From assembly GCA_021203905.1 (NCBI GenBank), contig JAJQAG010000004.1, positions 129,939 to 193,938 of the forward strand: 64,000 nucleotides of DNA, written 5' to 3'. Shown piece by piece: positions 58,084 to 64,000 of the stretch (position 1 is the first letter of the stretch; each line of letters begins with the position of its first letter). The translations under genes and the position numbers were made by a program. Source of the stretch: Coprobacillus sp. (GTDB lineage: Bacteria; Bacillota_I; Bacilli_A; RFN20; CAG-826). Below the pieces are notes generated by a model, which was given only the letters and a program-made list of their open reading frames with translations, did no database searches and was not told the origin of the DNA.

Positions 58084-60000
58084 ATGCTTCAACAGATTAC
58101 TCTCTCTTGTCTATTACTTATCGGAAACATGGCGGGTCTCACTGCCTCTTTTTTTACAAATGATGACGAAATGTATAGAGAAGGGTGTTGCCTTATTGAT
58201 GCACCGTATGCGAGTTGCCTTGATAATGAAAGAGAGATTACGGGGGTTGATGAAACATACATTCTCACTGTAAGTGAAGAGGTTAACTCTCTTACCTATC
58301 GAGGAGAGGTGACACTCCTCGAGTATACGATTAAAGAGGGAACAGAAGTTACATGCCTCTTGACTGATTTTATTGATTTAGGAAATATCATCTTTGATTT
58401 TTATCATGATGAAGAGTACATCGCTTCCTACGCTTTGTACTTTGCTAGAGATGACGAAGGGGCCTTTTATTCAAGCGGGAGAAGCCTTGACTGTGCAAAA
58501 TCTCTCGCGGGTCAAGAACTCGGTTATGTTTTTCTTGCGAGTGAAGAAGAGCCAGAAGAAGAGTTAGAAAGCGAGACTTCAAGTGGTCACCGAACCCATG
58601 GAAAGATCTATGGCTACTTTAAGTGGATGGACGATGATGAACAGATTCATCCACTTGTGGGAGCAAAAGTAAAATTAAAAGTAAGAGGAAGCTTCTATAG
58701 TGAAACAACCTATACAGATGATAATGGTTACTACTGTTTTGAGTATAGTAATGTTTTCTACTATGGCTCAGGAATGGCAACAGTTACCTTAAGTTTAGAG
58801 AATGATCTTATTAAAGTTAAAAACTCAAATGTCTATGCCTATAAATACAAACTACAAAAAAGAGATGTTACCTATGAACTATCACAAACCTTCTCCCCTG
58901 AACAAGATGGTGATTTTGGAAAGGCGGCATCAATCTTTCAAGGATTCTATTGCTTTTCCAAAGTAGCGAAAGAATTTGACTACAAGAATAAATTATCTAA
59001 GATTTCCATTATTTATCCTTCTAGTCGGGTGATGTTAATGTCGTTCATGTGGGGAGAAAGAAAAATCGAGGTGGCCAACTATATAGAGAAAAGTGGCTAC
59101 CCAAAAGCCTATGCCTCGTGGGATTCATTTGGGCATGAATATGCTCATTTTGTATGCGCTCGCTACGGATTCTTTTCTTGGTCATCTTCTAATATAGCCC
59201 ACAACAGCATCATAAATCGTATTGAATTGATTATCTTAAATGATGGTGACTCCGCGAGAAAAGCAAAAAGAGTCTCCACTCGTTTGGCGTTTAATGAAGC
59301 CTGGGCCGCCACTTGGTCGGTATTAATTCAACAGTACTTTGATGATGAATGGAAAAGTGTCGCCACAGTGGGAGATAGTTGCTATACCAACTCTTCGGGA
59401 GTAGATGATGATTTTGATGACTATGACACTGACCACCCCGAAAGATATGGGGATAGTGAGGAGTTAGCTCTCTCTAAGATTCTCTATAAACTCGCCACTT
59501 TTGAAACCGATGAATATGATAAATTTTCCCTGGGATTTGAAGAGTTTTGGAGAATTTCTTACGAAAATAAGACAAAGTCTCTCTATGATTTTATCGATGC
59601 GATGTATGAGCAAGGATATAGTAAGAGTGATCTTGGACTTTTACTTGGTCAATTTAATGTCACCCCAAATAAAATCCAAATCACTAATTACTATTTAGAT
59701 ACCTGCCCTACATTAACTTGGTCAGCTTATATGGGAACAGCATACTTTAACTATAATCGTTTTGATATCTATTTCCTTGATGACAATGGAAACGAGATCC
59801 TAAAAAAGAAAGTCAAATCACATGGAGAAGTTACTTGTTCCTACACCTTAAAAGAAGAGGATTGGCAATTAATTCTCGATTCATGTCAAGAGTGCTTCTC
59901 TATCAATATGGTGGTGTGGCAAACAACTTATCGAGATACTGGGGGTTATTATACAGAAACCTTTAGTTATGATCTACCCACTCAATACTATTATCAATAA
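58084..60000 (+). CDS. secreted HExxH...ExxA protein, putative zinc metallopeptidase, paralogue 1
   Basis: 638 aa. N-terminal signal/anchor, acidic linker, a carboxypeptidase-regulatory-like beta-sandwich (PLVGAKVKL...TDDNGYYCF), then WDSFGHEYAHFV and NEAWAA. A GGGAGG Shine-Dalgarno sits 26 nt after thrS. Confidence 0.65.
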   Translation: MLQQITLSCLLLIGNMAGLTASFFTNDDEMYREGCCLIDAPYASCLDNEREITGVDETYILTVSEEVNSLTYRGEVTLLEYTIKEGTEVTCLLTDFIDLGNIIFDFYHDEEYIASYALYFARDDEGAFYSSGRSLDCAKSLAGQELGYVFLASEEEPEEELESETSSGHRTHGKIYGYFKWMDDDEQIHPLVGAKVKLKVRGSFYSETTYTDDNGYYCFEYSNVFYYGSGMATVTLSLENDLIKVKNSNVYAYKYKLQKRDVTYELSQTFSPEQDGDFGKAASIFQGFYCFSKVAKEFDYKNKLSKISIIYPSSRVMLMSFMWGERKIEVANYIEKSGYPKAYASWDSFGHEYAHFVCARYGFFSWSSSNIAHNSIINRIELIILNDGDSARKAKRVSTRLAFNEAWAATWSVLIQQYFDDEWKSVATVGDSCYTNSSGVDDDFDDYDTDHPERYGDSEELALSKILYKLATFETDEYDKFSLGFEEFWRISYENKTKSLYDFIDAMYEQGYSKSDLGLLLGQFNVTPNKIQITNYYLDTCPTLTWSAYMGTAYFNYNRFDIYFLDDNGNEILKKKVKSHGEVTCSYTLKEEDWQLILDSCQECFSINMVVWQTTYRDTGGYYTETFSYDLPTQYYYQ

Positions 60001-60070
60001 CCAATATTGCGAACAATATTGTTGAATATAATCTCTATAATTTTAGATAATATAAAGAGGAGTTATACGA

Positions 60071-62014
60071 TTGTTTCGTCAGTTATTGCTTTCTTGTCTT
60101 TTAGTGGTTAGTTCTCTCTCAGGGATGGTGACAACCTCTATTTTTACTAACTCCTACGAATACGATAGTGGTGATTACATTTGTGATGACTCTCCTTATG
60201 TGAGTTGCCAAGATAATGAGAGAGAAGTAACGAATAAAAAAGAATCCTATGTTTTTGTGGCGAGTCAAGAAATTGACAGTGTCAAATGGGAGGGAGAGGT
60301 CACCCTTAGCCACTACGAAATAAGAAATGAAAATGAAATGACTGCCATTGTCACTAATTATATCGATCAGGGAGAAATTACGTTCCACTTCTACTATCAA
60401 AAGGAATACGTCTGCTCCTATGCTTTATATTTTGCTTGTAGTGAAGATGGAACATTCTATTCCAGCGGAAGGACACTCGATTGCGCAAAAATGCTTGCGG
60501 ATCAACAAGTTAACTACACCTTTTTAAGTAATGATGAAGAAGAGGAAGATGAACTTGTCACTATAGAAGAGAGCACTTCCTTTGGTTTTGGAACCCATGG
60601 TAAGGTCTATGGGTGGTTCCACTGGTGTGGCGATGATGGTGAATCCTATCCCCTTGTAGGAGCGAGGGTCACCTTAAGAATTGGGGGGAGTTGGTATAGT
60701 CAAGTCACCCATACAGACGAAGATGGATATTATTGCTTTGAATATCAAAAGGTTTGGTATTTAGGAAGCGGTCGTCCAACAATCACTCTCCGCCTTCAAA
60801 ACGAGAAAATAAAAGTGAAATCTTCAGGAGTCTATGCCTATAAGTTTAAGATGGCGGAAAAAGACACGACGATGGAGTGTTCGCGAACCTTCACCATTGA
60901 AGAAGATGGAGATTTTGCCAAAGCCGCAGCTCTTTTTCAAGCGGGTTATCTCTATTCTAATTTTGCCTTTGAACATGACGAAGGTGGCATTCTCAAATCA
61001 TGTAAAATAAGATATCCTTCGAATTATGACACTATCTGTTATACCGAAAACATTCGAAGAATAAATATCCCTAATACCATTAATGAAAACTCACCCTCTT
61101 GTTACATGGCGTGGGATACAATTGGGCATGAGTATTGTCATCATGTCCAGGCTTGTCACAAAATAGATCATGTTAGTAAGCACCACAATTCTGCTTATAA
61201 CGACATCGACTATCTCATTGATCGATCTTATTCGACCATGAATAAAGTCAAACATGAGGGAACGACTCTCTCTCTCGATGAGGGATTTGCCACTTATTGG
61301 GGAGTGGTAGCCCAACAGTCCTTTGACCCTAGATGGTGGTATGTCCCCACAGTGGGAGATGCATCCTACACCTCAAGTGGGGGCGCCAATTATAGTTTAG
61401 ATGTCTATTACGATTCCCAAAGCCGTAACCTTGGAGATTGCCAAGAGAGAGCAATTGCTAGAATTCTATATAAGCTCACTTCCGATAAGATTGATACCTA
61501 TGACCGCTTTGCCCTTGGTTTTGATACCATCTGGGAACTCTATGAAAAATATTTACCCACCACCATGAGTGAGTTTATTAACATTCTCTATGAGCAAGGT
61601 TATGACAAATATGATCTTGGACTCTTGCTTGGTCAGTATGGTGTCACCCCGAGTAGCATGAACATCACAAATAATAGCTATGATACATGCCCTACATATA
61701 CGTGGTCGACCTCTTCTGGGAGTAAATACTTCCAATATAACGAATTTGACTTTGTCATCCTCTCTAATGAGGGAGAAGAGTTAATAAACCACCATTTCGT
61801 CTCCGATAATGATGAAGACACCTATTCTTACACTCTCAGTGAAGAAGAGTGGCAACTCATTCAGAATTCCACTTCCCAGTTGTACTATGCCTATCTGGTG
61901 ATGTGGCAAACTGATGATTTTGTCACCGGAGGTTACTATTCAAACTTATATACCTTCTATCTTCCAAGACGGATTGTGATTATTCCGAGACCCGGGGATC
62001 TGATTATCACTTAA
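60071..62014 (+). CDS. secreted HExxH...ExxA protein, putative zinc metallopeptidase, paralogue 2
   Basis: 647 aa, co-linear with paralogue 1 throughout. Motifs WDTIGHEYCHHV and DEGFATYW. TTG start with a GAGGAG Shine-Dalgarno. Confidence 0.65.
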   Translation: MFRQLLLSCLLVVSSLSGMVTTSIFTNSYEYDSGDYICDDSPYVSCQDNEREVTNKKESYVFVASQEIDSVKWEGEVTLSHYEIRNENEMTAIVTNYIDQGEITFHFYYQKEYVCSYALYFACSEDGTFYSSGRTLDCAKMLADQQVNYTFLSNDEEEEDELVTIEESTSFGFGTHGKVYGWFHWCGDDGESYPLVGARVTLRIGGSWYSQVTHTDEDGYYCFEYQKVWYLGSGRPTITLRLQNEKIKVKSSGVYAYKFKMAEKDTTMECSRTFTIEEDGDFAKAAALFQAGYLYSNFAFEHDEGGILKSCKIRYPSNYDTICYTENIRRINIPNTINENSPSCYMAWDTIGHEYCHHVQACHKIDHVSKHHNSAYNDIDYLIDRSYSTMNKVKHEGTTLSLDEGFATYWGVVAQQSFDPRWWYVPTVGDASYTSSGGANYSLDVYYDSQSRNLGDCQERAIARILYKLTSDKIDTYDRFALGFDTIWELYEKYLPTTMSEFINILYEQGYDKYDLGLLLGQYGVTPSSMNITNNSYDTCPTYTWSTSSGSKYFQYNEFDFVILSNEGEELINHHFVSDNDEDTYSYTLSEEEWQLIQNSTSQLYYAYLVMWQTDDFVTGGYYSNLYTFYLPRRIVIIPRPGDLIIT

Positions 62015-62195
62015 AAGGGGGCACTCAACATCTGAAATTAAATAGACGAATGATAGGTGTTGACACATTATTGTTAATAATGTAAACTAACAATCGCAAT
62101 AGATAGAAAGTAGAGGCACCCGCTTCTCACCAGATCGATAAATCGGTTGGTCAATCGCTATTATGAAATACTTACTTATATTCATAAGATGATTA

Positions 62196-62223
62196 CGGGT
62201 GCGGCTACGCATCCGTTTTATTT
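62196..62223 (+). terminator. leader attenuator/terminator of the infC-rpmI-rplT operon
   Basis: CGGGTGCGgctaCGCATCCG followed by TTTTATTT, directly before the infC Shine-Dalgarno. Confidence 0.5.
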
Positions 62224-62237
62224 AGGAAGGAGATGAT

Positions 62238-62804
62238 ATTATCCCAGGCAATTACAATGGTGGTTCAAATAAGAATAGCAACCCACAGAAACCTAACAGA
62301 GATTTAGTAAATGAAGCTATCCACTTCTCCAAAGTCTTGGTCATTGGACCAGAAGGAGAAAGTTTAGGAGAGATGAGCGCTCAAGAGGCCCTAGATAAAG
62401 CCAGTGAGTATAACCTTGACTTATACTGTGTCGCCGCTAACGCTAATCCCCCAGTGTGTAAAATCTTAAATTACAATAAGTTCCGCTACGATCAGAAACG
62501 TAAGGAAAGAGACCAGAGAAAGAACCAGCACATTGTGGAGATAAAAGAGATTCAACTCACCCCTCAAATTGGAATCCATGATCTAGAAATCAAAGCCAAG
62601 AGAGCGAATGAATTCCTTCTTGATGGAAACCGCGTCAAGATTAGAGTGATGTTTAGGGGAAGACAACTATCCCATGTTGATGTGGGTCAAGAAACCTTGG
62701 ATAAATTTCTTGCCTTAGTAAGTGAAAATGGAGAGTTAGAAAAGGAGCCAGTTCTTGATGGAAGATGGCTCAATGGAGTAATTATTCCAAAAAAGAAGAA
62801 GTAA
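62238..62804 (+). CDS. infC: translation initiation factor IF-3, probable AUU start
   Basis: The IF3 N- and C-domains are present (the track begins only at VIGPEGE). The frame is open from 62226. An AGGAAGGAG Shine-Dalgarno sits 5 nt before an in-frame ATT at 62238. No in-frame ATG or GTG is available. Confidence 0.8.
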   Translation: MIPGNYNGGSNKNSNPQKPNRDLVNEAIHFSKVLVIGPEGESLGEMSAQEALDKASEYNLDLYCVAANANPPVCKILNYNKFRYDQKRKERDQRKNQHIVEIKEIQLTPQIGIHDLEIKAKRANEFLLDGNRVKIRVMFRGRQLSHVDVGQETLDKFLALVSENGELEKEPVLDGRWLNGVIIPKKKK

Positions 62805-62818
62805 GGAGAATATGAAAG

Positions 62819-63013
62819 ATGCCAAAAATGAAAAGTAAAAAGGCTCTTACAAAAAGAGTCAAAGTGTCCGGCACTGGGAAAATCATGAGACATCATGCTT
62901 ATACCAGCCATAATGCCCACTCTAAAACAACCAAACAAAAGAAGCAGCTCTCTCAAGCCGCAGTGATGGATAAGACCGATGTCAAGAGAGAGAAAGAGCT
63001 CATTCAGAAATAG
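62819..63013 (+). CDS. rpmI: 50S ribosomal protein L35
   Basis: 64 aa, MPKMKSKKALTKR. Confidence 0.95.
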   Translation: MPKMKSKKALTKRVKVSGTGKIMRHHAYTSHNAHSKTTKQKKQLSQAAVMDKTDVKREKELIQK

Positions 63014-63025
63014 GAGGCATAAACC

Positions 63026-63370
63026 ATGAGAGTAAAAGGTGGAACTGTTTCCCGTAACAGAAGAAAAAAGACATTAAAGAGAGCCAGTGGATACTACGGA
63101 AGTAAGCACTTGCTCTATAAGACCGCTCATGAGCAAGTGATGCATTCACTTCACTATGCCTATCGTGATCGTCGTCTTATTAAGAGAGACTTTAGAAAAC
63201 TCTGGATTAAGAGAATTAATGCCGCGTGCCGTTTAAACGGAATCTCCTATTCCGTGTTCATGCACGGACTTAAAACTAACGGCATTAACATCAATAGAAA
63301 GATGCTCTCAGAAATGGCAATTAATGATCCCGCCGGATTTAAAGAGCTCGTTCAGATTGCTAAAAAATAA
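63026..63370 (+). CDS. rplT: 50S ribosomal protein L20
   Basis: 114 aa, [15 protein letters not shown]. Confidence 0.95.
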   Translation: MRVKGGTVSRNRRKKTLKRASGYYGSKHLLYKTAHEQVMHSLHYAYRDRRLIKRDFRKLWIKRINAACRLNGISYSVFMHGLKTNGININRKMLSEMAINDPAGFKELVQIAKK

Positions 63371-63390
63371 CTTCTCTAAAGTTAAAGAAA

Positions 63391-63418
63391 AAAAGACACA
63401 GCGATGTGTCTTTTTTTC
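63391..63418 (+). terminator. intrinsic terminator after rplT
   Basis: AAGACACAgcgaTGTGTCTT followed by TTTTTT. A-rich on the other side, so it probably also serves the convergent thiI. Confidence 0.7.
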
Positions 63419-64000
63419 TTAATTAATGATTTCTACCTCAGCTTTTTCAATGGCGGTTTTTATCATCGCCTCATAATCAATTTTAGCTTCAAATTTTCTT
63501 ATTTCATCGAGTTTTGGAGCAGTTTTTGGATTTTTTGGAGCGAATATTGTGCAACAGTCTTCAAAGGGGCGAATGGAGATATCATAGGTTTTGATGTGCT
63601 GTGCTACTTTGATAATCTCAAGTTTATCCATGACCGCAAGTGGACGAATAATAGGGAAGTTGGTTACCTCATTTATCGCTTGTAGAGAATCGAGGGTTTG
63701 AGAGGCCACTTGACCCACACTCTCTCCGGTGGCAATGACTTTACAATGTCTCTCTCTAGCGACTTTCTCTGCAATTCGATACATCATCCTTCTCATGATG
63801 GTGATGCAATAGCTCTCATCAATGTTTTTATAAATCGCTTCTTGAATCTCCGTAAAGGGGATAATTGTGAGACGAATCTGACTTTGGTATTTCGTTAGAG
63901 TTTTAAGTAGGTCTCTAATCTTATAGATAACTCCGACATTAGTGTAGGGAGGAGAAGCAAAATGAATACACTCAAGAGTGATGCCTCTTCTCATAAGTAA
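63419..64000 (-). CDS. thiI: tRNA 4-thiouridine synthase ThiI, C-terminal part, truncated by the window end
   Basis: PP-loop ATPase C-terminus with ATGESVGQVASQTL. The ORF is still open at the window edge. Confidence 0.8.
   Translation of the reverse strand, partial: LLMRRGITLECIHFASPPYTNVGVIYKIRDLLKTLTKYQSQIRLTIIPFTEIQEAIYKNIDESYCITIMRRMMYRIAEKVARERHCKVIATGESVGQVASQTLDSLQAINEVTNFPIIRPLAVMDKLEIIKVAQHIKTYDISIRPFEDCCTIFAPKNPKTAPKLDEIRKFEAKIDYEAMIKTAIEKAEVEIIN

Noticed and set aside
62233-62310. Out-of-frame ATG at 62233 giving a 25-codon upstream ORF in the infC leader
   Set aside because: The ATG directly abuts the Shine-Dalgarno with zero spacing, and the frame is unrelated to IF3. The in-frame ATT at 62238 is the better start.
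1-64000. Search for CRISPR arrays, rRNA, transposases or IS elements, and integrases
   Set aside because: No direct-repeat/spacer arrays, no rRNA-like conserved stretches, and no transposase- or integrase-like ORFs in any frame. The island at 25.9-27.7 kb has no flanking direct repeats or recombinase.

Overview
This is a low-GC (roughly 35-40%) contig that uses the standard genetic code and is densely packed with housekeeping genes in Bacillus-like synteny. The genes on the minus strand are ruvB-ruvA, obg, rpmA-prp-rplU, radC, valS, tig-lon-engB, one tRNA-Arg, uvrC-mutS2, lspA-rluD, ileS, ftsZ-ftsA, ftsL-rsmH-mraZ, yceD, pheST, ysgA, glgP-glgB, dnaI and a DnaD-type dnaB. The genes on the plus strand are rnhC, psuG, ackA, nrnA, dnaE, polA, mutM-coaE, pfkA, a ROK kinase, thrS and infC-rpmI-rplT. 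valS and ileS carry T-box leaders, infC has an AUU start and a leader attenuator, and L27 carries the Firmicute N-terminal propeptide with the Prp protease encoded next to it. The cell-division cluster is minimal, with no PBP, mur or ftsW genes, and mraZ is preceded by three AAAGTGG direct repeats at 10-bp spacing. Together these suggest an Erysipelotrichia- or Acholeplasma-like lineage, though that is inference only. No rRNA, CRISPR array or transposase was seen. Four regions are not explained by housekeeping functions. First, a translationally coupled four-gene cassette at 25.99-27.66 kb sits between the ileS leader promoter and ftsZ, contains two tandem paralogues, and is a candidate toxin/immunity-type island. 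Second, two tandem paralogous secreted HExxH...ExxA proteins lie directly after thrS at 58.08-62.01 kb. Third, a 24-nt motif ending in the Shine-Dalgarno sequence is shared by two unrelated genes at 5.16 kb and 21.09 kb. Fourth, several palindromes look like operators, near an XRE regulator, in the mutS2/rnhC gap, and as DnaA-box-like sites before dnaB-dnaI. There is also an apparent Fpg-CoaE fusion and several small hydrophobic ORFs coupled to neighbours through TAATG or ATGA overlaps.
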